From: Poseidonia sp.
GTDB taxonomy: Archaea; Thermoplasmatota; Poseidoniia; Poseidoniales; Poseidoniaceae
DNA: 64,000 nucleotides
Direction: 5' to 3'
Assembly: GCA_965661285.1 (NCBI GenBank)
Contig: CBFIDD010000002.1
Coordinates: forward strand, 320,001 to 384,000
The number at the start of each line of letters is the position of its first letter. Positions within the stretch are counted from its first letter, which is position 1. Made by a program: the position numbers and the translations under genes. The notes under the pieces are model-generated. The model saw nothing but the letters and a program-made list of their open reading frames with translations. It made no database searches and was not told the origin of the DNA. Below, one piece after another: positions 47,301 through 54,758 of the stretch.

Positions 47301-47319
47301 AATTCGAGCCTGTCAGCAT
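38395..47319 (-). CDS. Giant surface protein: TSP3-like repeats, transglutaminase-like domain, Ig-like repeats, TM, DUF4129-like tail
   Basis: DxDGDG repeats; GSCREFNTAFVTMARLAGLPARQVTGY..WSEV..GWIAFDP; repeated G-L-D beta-sandwich units; ETVREF..FEMARYS; start ATG 47319 or GTG 47328. Confidence 0.85.
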   Translation of the reverse strand: MLTGSNSNAAAIRPALAERKKALKSLSLTLLMVLSTLASIQYTVVDVQAASDQDGDGLTYGLEYLMNTQPNDPDSDNDGLPDGWEWKYGLDPLSSTGADGAVADPDGDGMSNLQEYLYLQPSGWDNTNTASVLDNGVWWNGTVPVNDWNEEDAMQFNQPACGAAGSDGTGSIILCDEDPVGNICANGFDDDKDGFVDSADSDNDGDADCLSDDDDGDGVIDEDPAGWDTDGDGMPDGWEAANGLNATSPSNADGPNGDPDGDGLNNLLEYVNPTWTTMCGSSPCFRNGPDGIVTETTSPCDPVQGIGPGGCATFTAEVDGITSTDPQRADTDGDGLNDSYEAFTLLTDPTSSDTDSDGISDGIEVNGAYGNPAQASDPRNNNTDGDAFDDGEEDTNFNGVLDAGETDPTRREDSGDEDQDGIQNWEENLTCTLWNVADTDFGGINDGQERNISHGTDPCDSLVNFETTFVQELSASRVEVGNGSGFNPAGGVGWYNVSGTWESFAYATVVANILQGVSNGPSGVATQVANRNGSFCHTAATNSGTISTTQQYCDDDYEDTDGDGLADWQELLGTFGWFSNPSIADSDADGVNDFDEVQDNTDPNQPCSNLLDDDADGLNNYFENTTGCDLIYIGITNGSQDVWVTAPNAFDTDQGGVDDRSEYFDGTNPQNDPSDDIQPADFDGDGLPDAVENQTGTDWTNPDTDGGGMLDGDECPDAFWVFDCIGAPFDVFDPSDDIMSDDVVFFANNTSGVVDLNGDHRWRTITNDFYTGSTYAHLDSVHPSEAVVVPMSNFTHLAPISLANSTVQWNLQFNRPITTGQIPAPAYYSNISFVFETSANISRSNDTHMLSLVAGSVEQVLYEQPEYYFDWANLASTTVPGQGFPYELLVDPQFTDSSSAFSYVNNVTAAVIAEAGATDAYNTALALEDFLTNGNATTEFKRNFNGSGTMSPMDVTLNVVEAVKEGSCREFNTAFVTMARLAGLPARQVTGYIGGTWTGEGYAVYASDAATWSEVRLQQNSANGNTDLGWIAFDPCPPAEEIEVVNQTISTFTVARDGTESISVSGQLRYAANGTPASNIRVFAYLSPVSDAPFVPGPGADLSLLLEENITDPNGNFSMIGFPDAPSAPGMHNIVIEHRQSGYVSHDGVIFEGYVNLTENTTIVHTAPLAINTPVVGAGATTVLEGRLALANEPIDEISNLPNQTVWLSYTSSVDGAQNLTAQTDISGSWSISINLSEAETLGPLSATLGFSGWQDASVPGSTPALFHLNPTTTSITFNVTEAPNLTATIEGPLTSNRSVFLLGDDVWVNGSALSLGPTPTALTGNLQFAIRALDSGNVWVELFNQSVTGNFTVQYPMPTNVGVAAGAIETRLRFFPSTLPATDDANLTVDPPYFLRGLLTFEVQESSQVRGQDAFVSVQINDHRGVGAGVEIFGNYDFTFNGSWFNTTVDPETDVLEIVIPLDANLRSGDYPIGISFNGSSFYQPSIGLGSLRVMANIGWNLSIGQDWTFMGNSTRLVGDVFDAVYLTPVLNNTTLISVSLFTEQGPIDIAQSTLNNSTGAFDIPIRMPMNLRSDAYEFILDFDFVSQAPAGGAYYAFVDTSVPPAPPAQISTLGGIITEVVVEAERSSYIVEMNNTVSFTAKITDIADNSNISGASVDYVWDYGKSNQSLGTVVSNGEGNSTFDFTPSGIAPGFYDVGIVVQDDLTAALSEGNSRRYGNLTVINVTVQVTSDISLISVPSTVTAGVPFNVVGQVEDAENATRPLISAVRLNVFWLENPEELLLSNYATTNNGSFNMTVPTDTAGNGTTRGPHTLVVTVVNESSPFYLTATAQSPIQVMGVSRLENLQPLNAVVINRGNDINMSAQLVEASDLFTPLSNYEVALQFHETWLLPQTTDGEGFANFTYNVPYDHPLGLIVVQMVFNGSTDLLSTSANLTSITVRSLTFMVVDSIAANPVAGTSFNISGQITSDNGSGLVERDNSVLANANVLFSIDGQPTGFTATGGAVGADGYWNATIRLSETFAAGSHVMEATYIPSVNYYVGSTNNTSFDSRGFSVMNFILPALDGIGQPSLNDRTERGDIVEFSILLRDNQGLPLANQSVLVSLTATLNDASPVQITVLTASNGSAWGNLTVPANMSVGPTGIHADYTGIAGTTGIIGTNASSSFVVLGATEVTITEAPTVLVAGDMLVVNGTLLDDLGLVLQRNGVPSTAVVHLLIDGVPVASIETDNISGAYTLSYALPEDTAAGPHQISVEFRGGREWVDPVGYGDTNNPEYYQPSSAMVEFNVSVPTKILLLTATGDADRETTITIQGRLLDVVDNPLPNLTIEVWLGGQWLTNTTTDELGEFSAVHPVPADAPLGPVVLETRFTGTVAYLPSNASGLWEIFSPVLVTVDISSPVAVNQTVTITGSVVDNQLVGVANHEVQLVVEGIVISTLTTDQNGAFTYDWVVPDIFDFGNRTLFAESPPQGYYRAGEGNVSFFLSHRSWVTLVFDDGIDATRGDTWELSGRLYDFDTVDRDGLVGFELLVQLDGNTLFTTTTGADGAWSATVPATMDLSRGEHTIGVVFGGTQAHLPADVESSVRVWADLLIQVDPTSNTNVVTRSDSVFEPVFYSGSVQEIGGSGEVFENLLLSIGNGSDCEGGREGARCFTESSVVWSNGNFSLTATAPYWLEVGSQYFFLDVARNDSLYLNAASISQTVFVQVDAVITVDLLEVVEDEQEDVGGSLTVIAEDTGTGLPGIDVVIYLYDANQSQLANRGAQTDETGKATFVFDADPPYGDADVWGQLTMDIIVNDPRLSAQSLQGFESLRSEGFAVQYEFAEEQAETPWWSYLLVLALAALIAGGVVMYRRKQLADDLLKDAAEVFAYTAELLAAGDATREAIFTCYQDLCGLLQQRGFLRRDFETVREFEFAIRQALQGVSEDALTALDNTFEMARYSREEMGPQHQEVAVQALTRMSGEIAQMQAIPQR

Positions 47320-47407
47320 GAGTCTCACGCTATCGGGTGCGTCTGATGCCTCATAAGGGAAATGGTACGATGTTCATACAACAACGATTTCGTGAGGCGA
47401 TTTTTGC

Positions 47408-50374
47408 TCACAAATCTTCGAGTTCCTCGAGCAGCTCGAGGTCGTCGTCATCGTCGTCTGCCAGCACAGGCGCAGGTAAATCATCGTCGTCCTCAATCGG
47501 CTCAAGTTCCTTTTCAAGACCCTCGTAGTCCTCGTAGTCTCCGTAGTTAGCAAGGTCAGGACTATCATCGCTGCGGCTTCCACGACCTCGTGCGTAGAAG
47601 AGCAGGGCCAAAATTACAACGTAAAACGCAATGGTTTGCGGTTCAGGACTGACCAGTTCTCGCAGCAAACAGTTGGCGCCGCTGCATTCCGTCATGTAGT
47701 TGAAGGTGAAGGTCTGGACATAGTCTTCGGAGTACGGTGTCTCGTTGTTCATGGGCGTGACTCTGAACTCAAAGGCTGCTTGCTGGCTGTCTTTGAGATC
47801 TTCAGGAGCCTGCATGGTCACGCTGAAATCCTTTGAGGAATATGCGGGGAGGTTGATGATGAGGAAATCGCTCCCCAACTGGTTTGAGGTCGCCCGGATG
47901 GCGCCCTCCCAACCATCGGGTTGGTCAAGGCGAATCACGACGTCGAGCGGGATGTTGTTTTGGTTGCTGATGCGATATTCGAGGCTCTTTGATTCGCCCG
48001 GAGCGAAGCGAGATTTCTCGGTTTTATCCGTGAGCTCGATGCGGTTTGGAACGACTTCTTCCTGAATGACAACCTTCACCGGGAGGTCGAAGTAGCGAGC
48101 GTCGTCAATGTCAACACCCTCCTCGATGATGCGGGTGTAGACCGTGTGCTCACCCGCTTCCACCTGACCCCTCAAGGTGATGTCGAGTTTCATGTCGACG
48201 TACTCATCCGGGGCGAGGTTCACCGCCACCAAATTGGAGTTGCTGCCGTTGGAAATGACGTAGTCCCATGCAGCATACTTCGGGTTGTTTTCGGCGTTTT
48301 GTTCAACATCACGGGGATTGATGATCTTCCAGGTGGTTGAGCCAGAACCGGTGTCGCTGGAATCGGTAATTCGGAGATTGAAGTACACCGACGCATCGCC
48401 GGTGACCGGTCCAACTTGACCGAGCGGATTGTCCTCGCCCGTCCCGTCGCTGTCCGAAATCACCTCGACAAGAATGCCAAACGTCCGGTGAACGGTGAAG
48501 GCGATGTCGGTGCGAAGTTCTGAATCTTCCTTGCTGGACACCGAGATTTCAAACAAACCGATGTCGACACCGTCTCGGTCGGCTGGAGGATAGACCTCCA
48601 TTCGAATCGTCAGGATTTGGGTCGAGCCGATGTCGGGCGTGAGCGAGTAGATGCCTTCCTCTGCGAGTTCAAGACCGGTATCGTTGTCGTAAAATCGGTA
48701 CTGCCAGTCATCGGGTTGCTCAAGAATTCGCATTTTGAACGAGTCGGTCTGGAATCCCAAGTTGAAGACGTCGATGAAGAAATCACCGACCTCATCTGCA
48801 TCCACGTAGTGCGAAAGGGTCTCATCATAGGCTTCCGGACGCGTTGAATCTGCGATTTGTTTCTGGTGCTCATCGTCTTCGTAGACAAAGAGACGTGGCG
48901 CGGCAAGGGTATCCACTTCCTCGAATTCTAGCGTGAGGGTTCGTATGGCCACCTCTTCGTTTTGGCCGAGTTCGTTCTGTGCATAGACTCGTGCTTCGAT
49001 TTCCAAGGAATCGGGCGCACTGTCCAAATCGCCCTCAGGAACTTCGAGTTGGAGTTCGGGGATGACCGATGCACCGCCGCCGTTGAGCGTGTAGGTGCTG
49101 CTTGGTGCGCTCCACTGTGGGTCTGACCATGTTGAGGGGAGATTGGTTTCTAGGTCAAAGATCACGTCAATGCTGCTCGATGAGGAGCCCGTATGTTCCA
49201 CGAGGAATTCGACTTGGACGACCGCACCGGGAGCGAATAAGACCACATCGGGCTGATTTGAGGGCAGGGTGAGGTAAATGTCGTTCTCAAGCATGGTGAT
49301 GCCGGGGTGTTCAAACACAACGGCGTGGCCCTGTACGTCCTCCACCTCAAGGCGAACGGGGTAGTCACCCGCAGCGATGCCTGCCTCGTAAGTGTAAGTG
49401 AAGTTGCCCACCAAGCCGTTGTTGTCGAGTTTGAAATCATCATCGTCAAAGTTCTTCTCGAAAACCACGTTTGCGCCGTTGGGCGTGTCCATGATGAGGT
49501 TGACCTCCTCAATGTCATCTCGGCCAAAGGCGTCGCGAACTTCAACGGAGAACTGCATCTCTCGGAAGTCAGGACGGTGGTTGGGGGACCACTCAAATTT
49601 CTGGGCGTCGTTCCAGTTGCACCCGAAGGCTTGGTTGCAACTGTGGACGCGTACGCTCGAACCGGAGAGGGCGTTGGTCATGACCTGGAGACGGGAGTAC
49701 CCTCCCGAGCTTTCCATCTTGCCAAAGGCGATGTCAACCGCACAATCGCCACCACCCACACCGCCGGTGTTGCCTTCGCAGGTGGCTTGGGCGTCAATGC
49801 GGATTTTCAGTTGCTTTCCTTTGGCCACCATGAACCCGTTGGGCCCGGCGTCAAACTCCACTTCGATGATGCTCCAATCGCAGCCGCCCCCGGTGAAGGG
49901 GTTCGGCGAGCATGCATCTTCCAGTTGTCGGTTCTCTGAGGAAATTTGGGTGTCGCCCGACTTGAGCGAAAAGGTGACATCTGCGGTGGAACCCTCGGCG
50001 CCACGGAATTGGATGTAGACAGACAGGCGAGCGGTGTTGGAGGAACCGCTTCCGTTGATGTAGAGGTCGCTGATCATCTCGGCGCTTCGGAACTCCAATC
50101 CGTCAATGGCGCTGCCTTCTTCCTGGCCGCCGTTGGGTTCAATTGTGGTAATGGAACCTTGCCCGCCGGTTTCTGAGGTCGCAGCATCGAGATAGAGTTC
50201 GTAGGTTTGCTCGGGGACAGAAACAGGAGCCACAACACGCTCGTCGTCCAGTGTTTGAATCGGCGTGAGAACAGGCGCTGCGGGCACCATCATGCCCACC
50301 AAGGAGAACACGAACAACGCAACGAGACCAAAGGCCACGGTGCGCTTGCCATTTCCTGAGTCACCAAACAGCAT
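47408..50374 (-). CDS. Large secreted, membrane-anchored protein with Ig-like domains
   Basis: N-terminal hydrophobic signal; beta-rich acidic repeats; C-terminal TM and very acidic tail; start 50374 or 50383. Confidence 0.8.
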   Translation of the reverse strand: MLFGDSGNGKRTVAFGLVALFVFSLVGMMVPAAPVLTPIQTLDDERVVAPVSVPEQTYELYLDAATSETGGQGSITTIEPNGGQEEGSAIDGLEFRSAEMISDLYINGSGSSNTARLSVYIQFRGAEGSTADVTFSLKSGDTQISSENRQLEDACSPNPFTGGGCDWSIIEVEFDAGPNGFMVAKGKQLKIRIDAQATCEGNTGGVGGGDCAVDIAFGKMESSGGYSRLQVMTNALSGSSVRVHSCNQAFGCNWNDAQKFEWSPNHRPDFREMQFSVEVRDAFGRDDIEEVNLIMDTPNGANVVFEKNFDDDDFKLDNNGLVGNFTYTYEAGIAAGDYPVRLEVEDVQGHAVVFEHPGITMLENDIYLTLPSNQPDVVLFAPGAVVQVEFLVEHTGSSSSSIDVIFDLETNLPSTWSDPQWSAPSSTYTLNGGGASVIPELQLEVPEGDLDSAPDSLEIEARVYAQNELGQNEEVAIRTLTLEFEEVDTLAAPRLFVYEDDEHQKQIADSTRPEAYDETLSHYVDADEVGDFFIDVFNLGFQTDSFKMRILEQPDDWQYRFYDNDTGLELAEEGIYSLTPDIGSTQILTIRMEVYPPADRDGVDIGLFEISVSSKEDSELRTDIAFTVHRTFGILVEVISDSDGTGEDNPLGQVGPVTGDASVYFNLRITDSSDTGSGSTTWKIINPRDVEQNAENNPKYAAWDYVISNGSNSNLVAVNLAPDEYVDMKLDITLRGQVEAGEHTVYTRIIEEGVDIDDARYFDLPVKVVIQEEVVPNRIELTDKTEKSRFAPGESKSLEYRISNQNNIPLDVVIRLDQPDGWEGAIRATSNQLGSDFLIINLPAYSSKDFSVTMQAPEDLKDSQQAAFEFRVTPMNNETPYSEDYVQTFTFNYMTECSGANCLLRELVSPEPQTIAFYVVILALLFYARGRGSRSDDSPDLANYGDYEDYEGLEKELEPIEDDDDLPAPVLADDDDDDLELLEELEDL

Positions 50375-50474
50375 CAAGTCCACCGTATCGCCGTGGTGTA
50401 GGGGGTGTTAAACGGTTTTGCATGGTTTGTGCAACAAATCCATCATCTGCCCCCGGCGTCATGAACGGCGAAAA

Positions 50475-50561
50475 TGGTGCAGGGGGTGGGATACGAACCC
50501 ACGAACCCATACGGGACCGGATCTTAAGCCCGGCGCCTTTGACCACCTCAGCCACCCCTGC
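50475..50561 (-). tRNA. tRNA-Leu(UAA) with encoded CCA
   Basis: GCAGGGG/CCCCTGC acceptor stem, A discriminator plus CCA; anticodon arm CCGGG-CTTAAGA-TCCGG; long variable arm. Confidence 0.95.
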
Positions 50562-50603
50562 GTGGAGCGATGACGCTTGGGCGTAGCACTTGAATGAATC
50601 TCA

Positions 50604-51365
50604 TCATTCGTTCAACGTCCAACCACCGTCGACGTGAAGCACGTTGCCGGTGATGGTGCCGTTGGAAAGCAAAAAGAAGACGCCGGCTGCGATGTCTGAG
50701 GCTTGACCCGACCGGCCCAAGGGGACCTTCTCAAGCACCTTGGCGAAGTGCTCAGCCTCCCAGTCGGCCGCCATGATGGCGCCCGGGGCGAGGCAGTTGA
50801 CACGGATTCTCCCCGCCAACTCGCCAGCGAGGTTGAGCATCAATTGGCGCAACCCGGCTTTGCTTGAGGTGTAGTGTGCCAGTCCTTCCCAAGCACGCCC
50901 CCACGAGGTGTCGACCACGGCCACGACCGAGCCCTCGGCTCGCTCCAGCGCAGGGAGGAGCGATTGGGTAAGCAGGTACGGTGCTTCCATGTGAAGTCGG
51001 TTGAGGGAGCGGTAGGTTTCGAGCGGAATTTCCTCGAATGAACCTTGGCTATAGAACGACGCATTATGGACCAAACCGAAGAGACCATGTTTCCGTACGA
51101 GCGGATGGTCAAGCACCTCCCGATGCAGCCGTTCAAGGTCCTCATCCACCGTTAAATCAGCCACCAAAAGTGAGCCCCTCGGCTCGCCATGGTTGGCCTC
51201 AGCCTCGTCCAGCAGTTGTTGAGCCGGCTCCACTGAAGAGCGGACGTGGATGAGCACGTGCCAGCCTTCGTCCATCAGGCGTCGTGCGGTCGCTGCGCCG
51301 AGCCGTTGACCTGCGCCGGTGATGAGAACAACTCGGCCTTGCACACCCCGCACAGAGCCGCTCAA
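50604..51365 (-). CDS. Pteridine reductase-like SDR (FolM/PTR1 type)
   Basis: TGAGQRLG, HNAS, YTSSKA, RVNCLAPG, VDGG. Confidence 0.8.
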   Translation of the reverse strand: MSGSVRGVQGRVVLITGAGQRLGAATARRLMDEGWHVLIHVRSSVEPAQQLLDEAEANHGEPRGSLLVADLTVDEDLERLHREVLDHPLVRKHGLFGLVHNASFYSQGSFEEIPLETYRSLNRLHMEAPYLLTQSLLPALERAEGSVVAVVDTSWGRAWEGLAHYTSSKAGLRQLMLNLAGELAGRIRVNCLAPGAIMAADWEAEHFAKVLEKVPLGRSGQASDIAAGVFFLLSNGTITGNVLHVDGGWTLNE

Positions 51366-51468
51366 CTCATGAAGGCTCGTATGTGACTGGCGCCATCATC
51401 ACCCAATCGCGAGCCCCGCACACCTTTTTTGGTGACCGCTTGGTGGCATTGAGCACTGGGGGCAAAGA

Positions 51469-52485
51469 ATGGAAGGAAAACCGCTCCCAATGGCCTCTGC
51501 AAGCGAGCCCCGCACGCCCGCTCGCCGCCTCCCGGAATGGTTCCGCACCAGCTTGCCGAGCGGTGAGCAACAGGCCACCTTCAACGCCACCAAGTCGGCG
51601 GTCAAGGACAACAAACTCCACACCGTATGCGAAGAAGCACGATGCCCCAACATCCACGAGTGTTGGGCCAGCGGCGACGCCACGTTCATGATCGCCGGCC
51701 AAGAATGCACCCGCGGCTGTCGCTTTTGCGCGGTGGGCACCATCAAGCGACCACCGCCCCTTGACCCGGAGGAACCGCAGCACCTTGCCCAAGCCGTCGG
51801 CTCGATGAATCTCCGTCATGCTGTCATCACCGTTGTGAATCGGGACGACCTTCCCGACAGCGGCGCGGACCACTACAAGCAATGCATCGACGCGGTGGCG
51901 ACCACCTCGCCTGAAGTGACGCTCGAACTCTTGTGTTCTGACCTTGCTGGAGATCTCGATGCCCTGGCCCATTTGTTGGACCAGAGTCCTTTGTCGGTGT
52001 TTGCTCACAATGTGGAGTGCGTCCCCCGACTGGACGCAACCGTCCGGGATGCTCGAGCCTCGTTCGGTCAGTCCATTGCCATCCTCAAGGAAGCCAAACG
52101 CCTGCGTCCGGACATCATCACCAAATCCTCGCTGATGGTGGGTGTTGGCGAAACCGATGAAGAAATTGACGAGGCTCTCGGCCTGCTTCGAGACGCCGGC
52201 GTTGACCTCGTGACCATCGGGCAATACCTTGCACCGTCCAAAAAACACCTGCCAGTGGACCGATTCCCTGAGCCCGAACGCTACGACGAGTGGGCAGAGA
52301 AAGCCATGCAACTCGGCTTCTCGGGGGTTGCCAGCGGCCCGCTGGTTCGGTCCTCCTACAAAGCCGGCCTCTTGGTGCGGAAAACCCTAGACCCCGAGAA
52401 CAGCGAAACCATGCTGGGCGCCTATGTTCGTGTTGCTCAACCCCATCCTTCCCTACCGACACCACTTAAGACGGACGAGCCCTGA
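51469..52485 (+). CDS. lipA: Lipoyl synthase
   Basis: CEEARCPNIHECW, CTRGCRFC, VRSSY. Confidence 0.96.
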   Translation: MEGKPLPMASASEPRTPARRLPEWFRTSLPSGEQQATFNATKSAVKDNKLHTVCEEARCPNIHECWASGDATFMIAGQECTRGCRFCAVGTIKRPPPLDPEEPQHLAQAVGSMNLRHAVITVVNRDDLPDSGADHYKQCIDAVATTSPEVTLELLCSDLAGDLDALAHLLDQSPLSVFAHNVECVPRLDATVRDARASFGQSIAILKEAKRLRPDIITKSSLMVGVGETDEEIDEALGLLRDAGVDLVTIGQYLAPSKKHLPVDRFPEPERYDEWAEKAMQLGFSGVASGPLVRSSYKAGLLVRKTLDPENSETMLGAYVRVAQPHPSLPTPLKTDEP

Positions 52486-52494
52486 GGTGAAGCA

Positions 52495-53736
52495 ATGACG
52501 GAGCGAAGCACGGTTACGACCACGCCTTACACCATCGGTGTCGCTCCGTTCCGACCTGGAGATGAGCCATCCTTTGGCGGGGCCTTCACCCAGCAGCCCG
52601 AGGATTTGAACCGCCCCGACCCTGCGACCTGCACGGCCGAGGACACCGCAGAACACGCCAAGGGCTTGATTCGTGTGCTGAACGATGACGGCGAAGCAAA
52701 AGGCGAATGGGACCCCGGTTTGGACGCCGAAACCATGATTCAAGGCCTTGAATACATGATGCGTCTGCGTATTTTCGACGACCGCATGATCAAGATGCAA
52801 CGCACCGGAAAACTCTCGTTTTACATGCGGTCATTCGGTGAAGAAGCCGTCGCCATCGCCCAGACCATGGCGCTTGAGGAACAGGACTGGTTGTTCCCAT
52901 CCTACCGTCAACCCGGTGCTCAATTCGTGCGCGGTCGCGACATGGTCAGCATGATTTGCCACTGCATCGGCAACACCGAAGACAACGTCCGTGGCCGGCA
53001 GATGCCGGTGCACTACACCTGGCGTGAAGGCCGATTCATATCGATTTCGTCCCCTGTTGGCACACAATTCTCGCAAGCTGTTGGCGTTGCTATGGCGAGT
53101 GCCTACAAAGGCGACGACGAGGTGTGCATTTCTTGGCTCGGCGACGGAACCTCTGCCCAAGGCGACTACCACTACGCACTCAACTTCGCTTCGACCTTCA
53201 AACCCCCCGTTATTCTCAACGTGGTCAACAACCAGTGGGCGATCTCAACCCACGTTTCACTGGCCACCGGCGGTCGAACCTTCGCCGAGCGTGGCCTCGC
53301 CTACGACATTCCCTCCTTCCGAGTCGACGGCAACGACTTCCTGGCGCTGTACAGCGTGACCAAGTGGGCCCGTGAGCGAGCCTCAGCCGGCCTTGGTCCA
53401 ACCCACATCGAGGTCTACACCTATCGAGCCGGTGCACACTCCTCTTCCGACGACCCGTCGGCGTATCGCCCGGGTAACGAATTCGAGTGCTGGCCCGGTG
53501 GCGACCCCGTCGAGCGTCTTCGCGACCACCTGATGCAAATCGGTGAGTGGGATGAAGAAAAGGACCAGGCACTGACCGAGAAAATTGACAATGATGTCAT
53601 GACGGCGTACAAGGAAGCCTGCGAATTTGGCGATTTGGCCACCGGCCCCTACCCCCCTGCATCGACCATCTTTACCGAAGTCTACGAGACGGTGCCGTGG
53701 CACATTCAAGAGCAACGAGAGGAACTCGGCAAGTGA
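52495..53736 (+). CDS. bkdA1: Branched-chain 2-oxoacid dehydrogenase E1 alpha
   Basis: GRQMPVHY, GDGTSAQGD..NNQWAIS TPP-binding motif, HSSSDDPSAYR. Confidence 0.9.
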   Translation: MTERSTVTTTPYTIGVAPFRPGDEPSFGGAFTQQPEDLNRPDPATCTAEDTAEHAKGLIRVLNDDGEAKGEWDPGLDAETMIQGLEYMMRLRIFDDRMIKMQRTGKLSFYMRSFGEEAVAIAQTMALEEQDWLFPSYRQPGAQFVRGRDMVSMICHCIGNTEDNVRGRQMPVHYTWREGRFISISSPVGTQFSQAVGVAMASAYKGDDEVCISWLGDGTSAQGDYHYALNFASTFKPPVILNVVNNQWAISTHVSLATGGRTFAERGLAYDIPSFRVDGNDFLALYSVTKWARERASAGLGPTHIEVYTYRAGAHSSSDDPSAYRPGNEFECWPGGDPVERLRDHLMQIGEWDEEKDQALTEKIDNDVMTAYKEACEFGDLATGPYPPASTIFTEVYETVPWHIQEQREELGK

Positions 53737-53742
53737 GGTGAG

Positions 53743-54756
53743 ATGATGGCGAAAATGAACATGATTGCTGCCCTCAACTCGGCACTGGCCCACCAACTCG
53801 AGCGAGACCCGAACGTCGTCATCTTCGGAGAAGACGTCGGCTACTTTGGTGGTGTCTTCCGTGTCACCGCCGGCCTTCAAGAGAAGTATGGTCCGCATCG
53901 GGTGTTTGATTCACCGCTCGCAGAGGGTGGCATCGCTGCGATTGCCATGGGCATGGGACTGAACGGTCTTCGACCCGTTGCTGAGATTCAATTCGCCGAC
54001 TATATCTTCCCTGCCTACGACCAGATCGTCAACGAAATCGCCAAACTGCGCCACCGCTCAGGAGGAGAATTCTCTACGCCGGTGACCTTCCGCACGCCTG
54101 CAGGAGGCGGCATCAAAGGCGGCCACCACCACTCACAATCCCCCGAATCACAGTTCACCCACACCCCCGGACTCAAGGTGGTCTACTGCTCCAACCCTCG
54201 CAACGCCAAGGGGTTGCTCACAAGTGCCATCGAATCCAACGATCCCGTGATTTTCTTTGAGCCAAAACGCTGCTACCGAGGTCCGTTCTACGGCGACCCA
54301 CACAACGTCCCCACCTGGAACAGCCACCCCGACGGTGAAGTTCCCGAAGAGTACTACGCTATTCCACTTGAAGAAGCCAACATCGTCATGGAAGGCAGCG
54401 CTTGCACCGTGATCGCATGGGGCGCCATGGTCCACGTCTGCGAGCAAGCCATCAAAGATTCAGGCGTGGATTGTGAACTCATCGACCTGCAAACCCTCGT
54501 TCCTTGGGACCGCGACACCGTGGTGAATTCCGTGAAGAAAACCGGTCGCGTGGTCATCGTTCACGAAGCGCCAAAGACCAGTGGATTTGGAGCGGAGATG
54601 AGCGCCTCCATCCAAGAGCGTTGCTTCTACCATCTCGAATCGCCCATCGAGCGCGTCACCGGATGGGACACACCGTTCCCTCACACCACCGAATGGGATT
54701 ACCTCCCCAGTCCATCTCGCATTGCTGAAGCCATACACAGAACACAGGAGGAATAA
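53743..54756 (+). CDS. bkdA2: Branched-chain 2-oxoacid dehydrogenase E1 beta
   Basis: GEDVGYFGGVFR, EIQFADY, HHSQSPE, FFEPK. Confidence 0.9.
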   Translation: MMAKMNMIAALNSALAHQLERDPNVVIFGEDVGYFGGVFRVTAGLQEKYGPHRVFDSPLAEGGIAAIAMGMGLNGLRPVAEIQFADYIFPAYDQIVNEIAKLRHRSGGEFSTPVTFRTPAGGGIKGGHHHSQSPESQFTHTPGLKVVYCSNPRNAKGLLTSAIESNDPVIFFEPKRCYRGPFYGDPHNVPTWNSHPDGEVPEEYYAIPLEEANIVMEGSACTVIAWGAMVHVCEQAIKDSGVDCELIDLQTLVPWDRDTVVNSVKKTGRVVIVHEAPKTSGFGAEMSASIQERCFYHLESPIERVTGWDTPFPHTTEWDYLPSPSRIAEAIHRTQEE

Positions 54757-54758
54757 AC

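Noticed and set aside
47408-50561. Integrated element at tRNA-Leu or tRNA-Lys
   Set aside because: No integrase, no duplicated tRNA 3' end noticed, and host-like composition
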